The position numbers and the translations under genes are program-made. Shown piece after piece: positions 37,093 to 45,178 of a stretch of DNA of 64,000 nucleotides. This stretch comes from an uncultured Phycisphaerales bacterium. Lineage in GTDB: Bacteria > Planctomycetota > Phycisphaerae > Sedimentisphaerales > Anaerobacaceae. The notes under the pieces were generated by a model. The model saw nothing but the letters and a program-made list of their open reading frames with translations, did not search any database and had not been told where the DNA came from. The stretch is from contig OY970359.1 in assembly GCA_963718665.1 (NCBI GenBank), positions 992,001 through 1,056,000 of the forward strand, given 5' to 3'. Position 1 is the stretch's first letter; every line of letters starts with the position of its first letter.

Positions 37093-37327
37093 CAAGAAAG
37101 GAAATGGGGAAATTGATGTGCCGGCCAGACAATCGAGGAATCGAGAACCGGCTCGTATTCCCAATCGTTCAAATAATCCTCAACCAAGACAAAGGTAACG
37201 TAAAGAGCAGAAAGCGAGACAGGGGCCGAGAAAGCCCCTGCCGCGTTTAGGCGCAATCGCATTTGTCTCCCCGGCCTGTCTCAATGCCCTTTACAAGCCA
37301 GGATTTTTCGATGGCTGTTTGCTGGTA

Positions 37328-37702
37328 TCACTCAACTTTTAGAACGGAATTTACTCCGCCGTATGGGTTGGGTTCCGTGGCGTCATTATAAGGGTCCTGC
37401 TGCCAATGGCCGTCCACGATAAATCGGTAGTGGTAAGTCCCTTTTACGAGCGGTACCCTCGCCTGCCAGGTGCCGTCGCCTGCCTTTCTCATAATGGTCT
37501 TTTCGGGCTGCCAGTTGTTGAAATCACCGGCAATCTGAACGCTGTGTGCCTGCGGGTAAGACGCTACGAAAATAACGCTGTCTCCGACCTGGCACGGGCC
37601 AAGCGGTTTAGTGGCGCTTATAGCTGAAGGCCCGGGGTTCATGATTGTTGAAGACATTGTTGTTGATGCCGCTTTGTCTTTTGAAAATTTTGCTGTTTTC
37701 AT
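37328..37702 (-). CDS. Glycogen-binding CBM48 (AMPK1-CBM / isoamylase early-set) protein
   Basis: V.IAGDFNNW, G.Y.YRFIVDG.W..DP.N....NPYGG.NSV. Confidence 0.9.
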   Translation of the reverse strand: MKTAKFSKDKAASTTMSSTIMNPGPSAISATKPLGPCQVGDSVIFVASYPQAHSVQIAGDFNNWQPEKTIMRKAGDGTWQARVPLVKGTYHYRFIVDGHWQQDPYNDATEPNPYGGVNSVLKVE

Positions 37703-37704
37703 AA

Positions 37705-38988
37705 CTAAGTCCTTTCAGAAAAACATAAACTATTTGCAACGTTATCATTACTTGTTCCACTCTGCCGTTCGGCACTGAGTTCGTATATACGGGTCGGTTT
37801 TCTAAGAATCGCTTCAGAGCAGCTACGGTCGAGATTATCCAGAACGTTCATAAAATTTATGTAGGCGTCATAGGGCGAATTATAATGGTTGAAGTATTTA
37901 TGGACGTCGCCGTCTGCGAACCATTTCGTGCACATATAATAGAAATGGTCTGAGGTCTGCAATCTTCTCCAGATGTCGATAATGCCCGGGTTTTCGGTGT
38001 TTTTGACTTTGCCCTCGAGGCGATATAGTTCCGCCAGGGCGTTTTCCTGCATCGAGTTGCCACGCCAGGCGGAGAGGTCTCGCTCGATATCCGCCCAGCT
38101 TATGGTATATGGCACATCGACAGTATCAACGGACGGGTAAGAGCGTATTACCTCCGAAGGCGTTTTGAAATTGTTTTCCGGATACCTGAGGATATATTCG
38201 GGCATATGTCGCAGAAATTCGAAAATGCCCGTGTCCTGCCACTGATGCTCGCCGAAGGTTTCATAATCCATAAAGAGATTGACGACATTTCCGCAGCCGT
38301 TGACTGCGTTAATCCAGGCAGCGAACTTATCGGCGGTAAGCGGCCACTCGCTCCAGTCGCGGTTTGAAAACCGAAACGCGATATCGTCGCTTAGCCGGTA
38401 ATTTTTCAGCAGGAGTTTAAGCCGGGTAGAGGTGGTGGGACGGTAAACAAAATTCGCGTTCCTGTAACCGAGGATGTGGTCGGCACCTTCAGCAATGATG
38501 GCATCGAAGCCGCCAATCTGGTCAACGATGGGAGGTAAGCCGTTGTTATAAATAAGCTCGGTGTTCCTGAAAATACGTGGTGTCTGGCCAAACAATTGTC
38601 TGATAATCCGCCTGTGGGCCTTTACCTGTTCTATAAACTCATCTTTAGAATACAGAAAAGCCAAACTGTGGTGATAAGTTTCGCCGAGAAATTCCACGCA
38701 GCCGGTGTCAGCCAGTTGCTTGAACGTGGTCAATGCCTCCGGCGCAAATTTTTCGAGCTGCTCAAGCAGAACACCGGTGATGCTATAAGATATTTTAAAC
38801 TTTCCCCTGTGTTTGCGGATAAGCTCCAGCATCAGTTTATTTGTAGGGAGGTAACATTTGTTGGCGACCTTCCTGCATATTTCGGCGTTCTTATAATCGT
38901 CTAAGTAGTTATCGCCGCGGTCAAAAACGTTATAATGCCGTAATCTCTGGGGCTGGTGAACCTGAAAATAAAAACATACCGAAGCCAT
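37705..38988 (-). CDS. Glycoside hydrolase family 57 alpha-amylase
   Basis: FQVHQP, ETYHHSL, FRNTELIY, MDYETFGEHQW, LQTSDHFYYM. Confidence 0.93.
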   Translation of the reverse strand: MASVCFYFQVHQPQRLRHYNVFDRGDNYLDDYKNAEICRKVANKCYLPTNKLMLELIRKHRGKFKISYSITGVLLEQLEKFAPEALTTFKQLADTGCVEFLGETYHHSLAFLYSKDEFIEQVKAHRRIIRQLFGQTPRIFRNTELIYNNGLPPIVDQIGGFDAIIAEGADHILGYRNANFVYRPTTSTRLKLLLKNYRLSDDIAFRFSNRDWSEWPLTADKFAAWINAVNGCGNVVNLFMDYETFGEHQWQDTGIFEFLRHMPEYILRYPENNFKTPSEVIRSYPSVDTVDVPYTISWADIERDLSAWRGNSMQENALAELYRLEGKVKNTENPGIIDIWRRLQTSDHFYYMCTKWFADGDVHKYFNHYNSPYDAYINFMNVLDNLDRSCSEAILRKPTRIYELSAERQSGTSNDNVANSLCFSERT

Positions 38989-40277
38989 TATGTCTTCTCC
39001 TTACTTTTGGCCTGCTCGATTACTTCCTCGTAGATATTCTTCACTTTCGCTGCCGAATCTTCCCAGTTGAATTTGCACGATTCATGAAATCCGTTTTTAC
39101 CGAGAGTCGCCTTGAGCTGTGGCCGCTTGAGAACGGCTATCATTTTGTTGGCCATTTCATCGATGTCCCAGAAATCGACTTTGAGGGCGTGCGTTACCAC
39201 TTCGGCGATGCCGCTTTGTTTGCTCATAAGGACCGGGACGTTGCGGTTCATCGCTTCAAGGGAAGAAATTCCAAACGGCTCGGAAACAGAGGGCATGACG
39301 TAGAGGTCGGCCATTTTATACGCCCTGTTAACGTCCTCCCCGGTCAAAAAGCCGGTGAAGAGAACTTTGTTTCCGATACCCATAGAGGCCGCAAGCTCGA
39401 TAATTTTGGGCATCATATCGCCGGAGCCAGCCATAATGAATTTGACGTTGTCAACGACCTGGAGGACTTTTTTGGCGGCGGCGAGGAAATACTCCGGGCC
39501 TTTTTGCATTGTGATTCGTCCGAGGAACAGGACAATTTTGTCTTTCTTTTCCGCCGGGATATGACAGACGCCGTCGCCATTGTGCTCAACGGCATTGTAA
39601 ACGACTTCAACTTTAGCCGGTGGAACACCGTAATGTTTTACTATTGTTTCTTTGGTTAAGTTGCTTACGGCGATTATCTTCGAGGCAGCGTGCATACCCA
39701 TTCGTTCGATGTCGTAAACGGTCTGATTGACGTGCTCGCCGCTTCGGTCAAACTCCGTCGAGTGCACGTGCACAACGAGGGGTTTGTGATTTTGGCGAGA
39801 AACCGCTTCGCCGGCGGGATACGTCATCCAGTCATGCGCGTGGACGACATCGAAATCTTCAGCAGCGGCGATTATGGCCGCCCTGTCGGCATATTGACTT
39901 ACCGCGGAGAGAATATCGCCGGTATAATTGTCAGGGCCGAGCGCCACGCCTACATCGGCTATTTCAAGCAGAGTTCTTCCTGAGTCGTAATTGTTAAAGT
40001 TTTCATGTATATGAGAACCGACGCCGGCATAGGGCCTCAAGTTCGAAGATATGACGTGAAATCTCATGTTGGTGAATTGTTCGGACTGGGTTACAGTCGG
40101 GGTGTCATTCGTGCCGATGGTTCTAATTGAGCCGGCCGGATTGCCTGTGCCCCGCGGCAAAACAAACGTAACTTTTATGCCCAGCTTGTCCATCGCCTTT
40201 GTCAGGCCGTAACAAGCTGTTCCCAACCCGCCGCTTATTTGGGGGGGGAACTCCCATCCTAGCATAAAAGTTTTCAT
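38988..40277 (-). CDS. GT4 glycosyltransferase (probable alpha-glucan synthase)
   Basis: GWEFPP.ISGGLG, HAHDW, HSTEFDR, GRITMQKG, PSVSEPFG..LEA. Confidence 0.9.
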   Translation of the reverse strand: MKTFMLGWEFPPQISGGLGTACYGLTKAMDKLGIKVTFVLPRGTGNPAGSIRTIGTNDTPTVTQSEQFTNMRFHVISSNLRPYAGVGSHIHENFNNYDSGRTLLEIADVGVALGPDNYTGDILSAVSQYADRAAIIAAAEDFDVVHAHDWMTYPAGEAVSRQNHKPLVVHVHSTEFDRSGEHVNQTVYDIERMGMHAASKIIAVSNLTKETIVKHYGVPPAKVEVVYNAVEHNGDGVCHIPAEKKDKIVLFLGRITMQKGPEYFLAAAKKVLQVVDNVKFIMAGSGDMMPKIIELAASMGIGNKVLFTGFLTGEDVNRAYKMADLYVMPSVSEPFGISSLEAMNRNVPVLMSKQSGIAEVVTHALKVDFWDIDEMANKMIAVLKRPQLKATLGKNGFHESCKFNWEDSAAKVKNIYEEVIEQAKSKEKT

Positions 40278-40336
40278 TGCTGCTGTCCTTTCTGTCCCTG
40301 GGCATACGTGCCCCTGTTTTCATTTCATTAATTTTA

Positions 40337-40582
40337 TCAATGTGCATAAACCCTATTTACGGAAAAACCTGGATAGCCGGGCTGCTGCCTCGGGATTTTT
40401 TGCAGCCACTGCCCATTGCAGTTTTTATCGCTGCACCTGAACCATACAAAAGTTGTGCCGTTTTCACATACCCTTTCTGACTCGGTCATTTTGCCCCCAC
40501 ATTCCGGACACAACTGGTGGTTCTGTGCCCGCATAATTATTGGCAACAGCCCGGCGTTATTTTCAGTTTTCATAATCGTCAT
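40337..40582 (-). CDS. Small zinc-ribbon-like protein
   Basis: CPECGG..M ... FRCSDKNC; co-oriented directly upstream of the GT4/GH57 operon. Confidence 0.6.
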   Translation of the reverse strand: MTIMKTENNAGLLPIIMRAQNHQLCPECGGKMTESERVCENGTTFVWFRCSDKNCNGQWLQKIPRQQPGYPGFSVNRVYAH

Positions 40583-40804
40583 CTCCGCTATCCGATGAGA
40601 TCGTAAATTCTTTGATATTACCGGTTAAAACTTATTAACGTTGAGTATAATACTCCTTTGTTCATTCGAAGGCATATAGGCATATTGCTTAATTATGGCA
40701 TCGCAATTGCTCACTATTGCAGGCAGTGATAACAGGGCAATTGAGAACGCGGGATTGCGCTGCTGTGCTCGCAATGACGTTGGAGGTGCGTTTGTGCCTT
40801 AATA

Positions 40805-41458
40805 TTACGGTTCCGGCTGCGTCAAACCTTCCTGAATCGCGTATTTGGTAAGCTGGGCGATGTTATCTATCTTGAGCTTGTTCATAAGATTGAGGCGGTG
40901 GACTTCAACGGTTTTTGCGCTGATGTGAAGGCGTTTTCCGATTTGCTTGGTGGCTTTGCCTTCCGTTAAAAGCTGGAGGACTTCCCGTTCTCTCTGGGAG
41001 AGTATTGAAAAGACGGAATCTTTGGCATTATCGGGCTGTCGCATATAGTTATCGACGACGACATCAGATATGGCGGGGCTGATATAGGTTTTATTGTTCA
41101 TCACCAGCCGGATGGCATTGACCAGCTCGTCGAATTCGCAATCCTTAAGCAGATAACCGGAGGCGCCCGCCTTGAACATTTCGATGATGAAATTCTTGCT
41201 CGAATGCATCGACAGCGCGATAATCTTGACTTTGGGGTTCTCTTTGACAATCTGGCGGGTCGCCTCGATGCCGTTGAGGTCGGGCATACCGATATCCATT
41301 ATTACGATATTTGGAGAAAGCTCTTTGGCAAGCTCGACGGTTGTCCTGCCGTCTTTGGCCTGGGCAATCACTTCCATATCTTTCTCATTTTGAAGAGATT
41401 TGCTGAGGCCGTGTCGCAACATCGCATGGTCATCGGCCAGTATTATTTTAATGCCCAT
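40805..41458 (-). CDS. NarL/LuxR-family response regulator
   Basis: REC domain (LADDH, MDIGMP, GYLLK) plus LuxR HTH (LSQREREVL...ISAKTVEVHR). Confidence 0.95.
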   Translation of the reverse strand: MGIKIILADDHAMLRHGLSKSLQNEKDMEVIAQAKDGRTTVELAKELSPNIVIMDIGMPDLNGIEATRQIVKENPKVKIIALSMHSSKNFIIEMFKAGASGYLLKDCEFDELVNAIRLVMNNKTYISPAISDVVVDNYMRQPDNAKDSVFSILSQREREVLQLLTEGKATKQIGKRLHISAKTVEVHRLNLMNKLKIDNIAQLTKYAIQEGLTQPEP

Positions 41459-41484
41459 AATAATAGTCCCCTTTCATCAGGATT

Positions 41485-44343
41485 TTACTCGATTTTCAAA
41501 GGCGCCGTCAAGATTATATGGGATCCTTTGCCTCTTTTTGATTCAATTTCGAGCTTGCCTCCTATGTGCCTGAGTCGTTCACGAACACTGAAGAGCCCGA
41601 GGCCCTTTGGTTTTTCCGACAGCACTGATGCGTCAAAACCTTTGCCGTCATCCTCAACTGTTACCTGTATATCGTTATTGTTCCTGGTAATAGCGACCCT
41701 GACCAGTTTTGCTTTTGCGTGCTTTGCTATATTTATAAGCATTTCGCGAATTGACCGGTACAGAAGTATTTTTACGGGGGTGGTTAACGGTTTGGGTTCT
41801 TCGCTGTTGCGGAATGAGTATTCCAGCTTGTGCTCTTCGCAAAACCGTTCAAGCAACTCTTCTATCGCGATTTCAAATCCGAGGGTGTAAAGCGTCGGCG
41901 GACTAAGGTCAAAGGTCAGTGTTCTTGTCTGTTTGACCGCCTCGCTGATGTTCTCGCTGATATTTTTCAGGGATTCGGCAACTTGTGGCGGGGCAGATTT
42001 TTGCAGGATTCCCAGCTCTCTTTTTGAGAAGGCGAGTATAGGACCAAGCGAATCGTGCAGGGCCGTGGCGATTTCGTGGCGTTCGCGTTCTTCGGTGAGG
42101 AGAAGTTCGGCGGTAAGAAGCCGGAGCTGTTTCTGGTCGGCGATAACCCTTTCCTGAGCGAGTTTTCGTTCGGTGATATCGCGGAAAACGATTTGCGCAG
42201 CCGGCCTGTTTTCATAGGCAAGCGGCGTGGCGGCAACTTCAACATCTATAGTGGTTCTGTCAACACGCAAAAATATATTTTCCCTGAGGGGCAGGGCCTT
42301 TTGCTTTCTGCGGAGAAACTCCAACTGCCTGTGCGTGCGTTTCCTGTAGTCAGGGTGAACAAAATCAAGAATCGACTTTCCGACAAGCTCCGCGGATTTT
42401 TTTGCGCCGAGCAGTTTGGCCGCGGCGGTGTTTATAAACACTATTTTGTCGTCCCTTTCGACGCCGATGCCTTCGGGAGAAAGCTCTACAAGCTGACGAT
42501 AACGCTCCTCGCTTTGTCGCAATTCCACTTCCACGTCAAACCTGTGGACGGCCTCTCCGATAAGCATCGCCATATTTTCTATAAATTCTACGGTTTGGGC
42601 TGGCGTTTTGTTTTCCTGCTTGTCAGCAAGATGAATCGCCCCGAGCACTTTGTCCCTGTAACGTATGGGAACAACGGCAAGAGAGGCAAAGCCGTAATGC
42701 ATACAATGACCGCGATATCGTGCCTTGTTCTTTTCGGGCAGCGAGTTAAAAAACTCAAGCGTATTATCGCAGCGGAAGGAACCTTTCGATGTCATTACCA
42801 GTGCATCCTGGGGTTCGGATTTCTGCGTAATGACTCGCATACAGGCGCAGGTATCGGTTTTCAAAGAGAGGATGCTTTCTATCGCCAGAAAATCCTTAGT
42901 AAAGCCAATCTGAGATTCGTATGGTATAAGCCCATCGGAATTAGTCAGTCGGATACCTACGCATTGACAACCGCTCCAGTCGCGGACAGCCCTGACAACC
43001 GAATCAAGATATTCCTTTCTTACAGATTTTTGCGCGAACAGTTCGAGCAGGACGTTTGTAATCCGCGAGAGTTTTTCTATTCTGTTGTGCTCGGTAACGT
43101 CACGGGCGACAGCAAAGACACCCTGTACCTGCCCTGCTTCATTTTTATAAAGCGTGGCGTTGTAGAGGACGTCTGTCGTATGGCCCGATATATGCCGGAT
43201 AGTGAGCGGATAATCCTTAACCATACCTTCCGCAAGCGCCTTTTTGTAACTGTCCTTTGCTTTTTGGGGTTCCGTAAAGTAATCCGAGAAATCGCTGCCT
43301 ACAAGATTCTGCTTCTGGACGCCTGTCACCAGCTCGGTTGCCCTGTTGATATCGGTAATTTTTCCTTCCGGGCTGATTGTAACAAAGGGGTCAAGAGCTG
43401 CTTCGAGAAGACCGCGTGCATACAGCGACGCGGAACGGAACGCCTCTTCCGCACGGACCCGCTGCATTATCTGTTTTTGCAGCTCCAGCACCAGTTCGCC
43501 AAGCTCGGCGGTTCGCTCTTTGACCCGCGTATCAAGCTCATCGTGCGCCTTACGGAGCGCCTCCTCGGCCCGTGCGCGGTCCGTGATGTCGCGGATGTTA
43601 CACTGGATTACTTTCGTGTGCTCTACCGTGTACACGTTACTAACGAATTCCACCGCTATACGGCGTCCGTCTTTTGTTTCGAGCGGCAGATTTTCGTAGC
43701 GTACGTATCCCCTGGTTTGCAATTTCAGAAACGCTTCTTTTGATTCTACAATGTCTTTGAAAAGACCAATCTCCCAGAGCTTCTTATCTAAAAACTCCTC
43801 GCGAGAATAGCCCAATATATCTTCTACGAATGGATTAACGTCAACTATCTGCCCGGAGTCCGCATCAAGGATTAGTATCCCATCACGGGCCGCCTCAAAA
43901 AGCCGGCGATAACGGAGTTCGGAAACCAGCATCGCATCCTCGGCGTTTTTTCGCTCGATGGAATAACGAATGACACGGGTTATGGTTCGTCCGTCGGTCT
44001 GGCCTTTTATGAGGTAATCCTGAACGCCTGTTCGCACGGCTTCGACGCCCGTATTCTCGTCATCGACCCCGGTAAGCACCACAATCGGCAAATCAGGAGA
44101 GATGCTCCTGACCTCTCGAACGGTATTAAGGCCCGAGCTGTCGGGCAAGGTCAAATCCAGCAGCATCGCATCGGGATGATTGTTTTTAAGGTGTTCTTTG
44201 GCCTCGTTCAGCGATTGAACCACACTGATGGAAATATCTGTGGTGCCGCTTGACAAAATGTTTTCCTGCAGCAGCACAGCATCTGAAGCGCTGTCTTCGA
44301 CAAGCACTATCTGCAAGGGTTTTATCGATTTTGTATTTTTCAT
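41485..44343 (-). CDS. Hybrid sensor kinase REC-PAS-PAS-GAF-PAS-HisKA_3-HATPase
   Basis: N-terminal REC (LVED..LLDL.LPD), several PAS domains ending RDIT/RDVT, ERHEIATALHD H-box, NIAKHA, DDGKGF, GLGL. Confidence 0.92.
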   Translation of the reverse strand: MKNTKSIKPLQIVLVEDSASDAVLLQENILSSGTTDISISVVQSLNEAKEHLKNNHPDAMLLDLTLPDSSGLNTVREVRSISPDLPIVVLTGVDDENTGVEAVRTGVQDYLIKGQTDGRTITRVIRYSIERKNAEDAMLVSELRYRRLFEAARDGILILDADSGQIVDVNPFVEDILGYSREEFLDKKLWEIGLFKDIVESKEAFLKLQTRGYVRYENLPLETKDGRRIAVEFVSNVYTVEHTKVIQCNIRDITDRARAEEALRKAHDELDTRVKERTAELGELVLELQKQIMQRVRAEEAFRSASLYARGLLEAALDPFVTISPEGKITDINRATELVTGVQKQNLVGSDFSDYFTEPQKAKDSYKKALAEGMVKDYPLTIRHISGHTTDVLYNATLYKNEAGQVQGVFAVARDVTEHNRIEKLSRITNVLLELFAQKSVRKEYLDSVVRAVRDWSGCQCVGIRLTNSDGLIPYESQIGFTKDFLAIESILSLKTDTCACMRVITQKSEPQDALVMTSKGSFRCDNTLEFFNSLPEKNKARYRGHCMHYGFASLAVVPIRYRDKVLGAIHLADKQENKTPAQTVEFIENMAMLIGEAVHRFDVEVELRQSEERYRQLVELSPEGIGVERDDKIVFINTAAAKLLGAKKSAELVGKSILDFVHPDYRKRTHRQLEFLRRKQKALPLRENIFLRVDRTTIDVEVAATPLAYENRPAAQIVFRDITERKLAQERVIADQKQLRLLTAELLLTEERERHEIATALHDSLGPILAFSKRELGILQKSAPPQVAESLKNISENISEAVKQTRTLTFDLSPPTLYTLGFEIAIEELLERFCEEHKLEYSFRNSEEPKPLTTPVKILLYRSIREMLINIAKHAKAKLVRVAITRNNNDIQVTVEDDGKGFDASVLSEKPKGLGLFSVRERLRHIGGKLEIESKRGKGSHIILTAPLKIE

Positions 44344-44347
44344 ATTC

Positions 44348-44794
44348 TCAGGTCTTTGGCGGCAGCGTAACGACCGTCAGCCAGAATTTTTCAATTGTTT
44401 TTACCACGTCGATGAAATGCTCAAAATCAACAGGTTTTGTGATGTAACAATTCGCGTTAAACTCATAGGATTGCAGCACGTCCTTGTCGGCGTGAGATGT
44501 GGTCAACACAATCACCGGGATGGTCTTGAGAGAAGGGTCGTTTTTCATTTCCCTCAGGACATCTCGACCATCCTTGCGGGGCAAATTCAGGTCTAACATT
44601 ATAAGGTCAGGCCTCGTGGCTTTGGCGTATTTACCCTGCCGTCTTAAAAAGTTTATTGCTTCGACGCCGTCTTCGACGTGGTTGAGATTATTGGCTATTT
44701 TGCCTGCCTCAAGCGCTTCCATGGTCAGTTTTGCGTCGCTGGGACTATCCTCAACGAGCAATATTTCGATTGGTTTTGCATCAGACAGATTCAT
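44348..44794 (-). CDS. Single-domain response regulator (Rcp1-like)
   Basis: [35 protein letters not shown]. Confidence 0.93.
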   Translation of the reverse strand: MNLSDAKPIEILLVEDSPSDAKLTMEALEAGKIANNLNHVEDGVEAINFLRRQGKYAKATRPDLIMLDLNLPRKDGRDVLREMKNDPSLKTIPVIVLTTSHADKDVLQSYEFNANCYITKPVDFEHFIDVVKTIEKFWLTVVTLPPKT

Positions 44795-45104
44795 CCAGTT
44801 AGACCTCCTTTTATTCTGTTTCTAATGTATCTTTTTCCCATGCCTGTCTTTAAATATCTTTCTCTACGGAAAGAATCGTCTCGATTAAGGCATGCTTCAC
44901 AATACACCAATTTAACGGGTCCCCTGTTTCGCGTACAAAACACTTCTCCTTTTCTATGCTGTTCCAATCTTTCCCTTAAATCACTTGTGGCACCTGTATA
45001 AAATGTTCCAGTTTTTTCACATATAAGGACGTATGTATAAAACCACTGAGTCCCGTTAGAAATCGAAGATTTTCCAACATGAGGAGGTCTAACTGGATTC
45101 ATCC
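44788..45104. mobile_element. Putative miniature GIY-YIG element with 17-bp inverted ends and a 9-bp direct repeat
   Basis: ATCCAGTTAGACCTCCT (44793-44809) is the exact reverse complement of AGGAGGTCTAACTGGAT (45082-45098); GATTCATCC is repeated at 44788-44796 and 45096-45104. Confidence 0.7.
44791..45102 (-). CDS. GIY-YIG nuclease family protein
   Basis: YTYVL, FYTGAT.DL..RL..H, LVYCEAC, RERYLK.G.G. Confidence 0.88.
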   Translation of the reverse strand: MNPVRPPHVGKSSISNGTQWFYTYVLICEKTGTFYTGATSDLRERLEQHRKGEVFCTRNRGPVKLVYCEACLNRDDSFRRERYLKTGMGKRYIRNRIKGGLTG

Positions 45105-45178
45105 TGTTATATCTCCTTTATCTGTTTTTAATTTGTAAAAGCCCGGCCATGAGTAATTATACTTCATTTTTAGGCGAT

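Noticed and set aside
37214..37282. Long imperfect hairpin GAGACAGG...CCTGTCTC as an ncRNA
   Set aside because: It sits between convergent genes and is adequately explained as a terminator-like structure; no family features.
40714..40778. Degenerate ..ATTGC...CTCGCAATGAC palindrome as a separate mobile element
   Set aside because: A single decayed REP-like copy, with too little evidence beyond noting it.
42055..43743. 562-aa plus-strand ORF opposite the hybrid kinase
   Set aside because: Antisense shadow ORF with no domain features; the minus-strand kinase is clearly the real gene.
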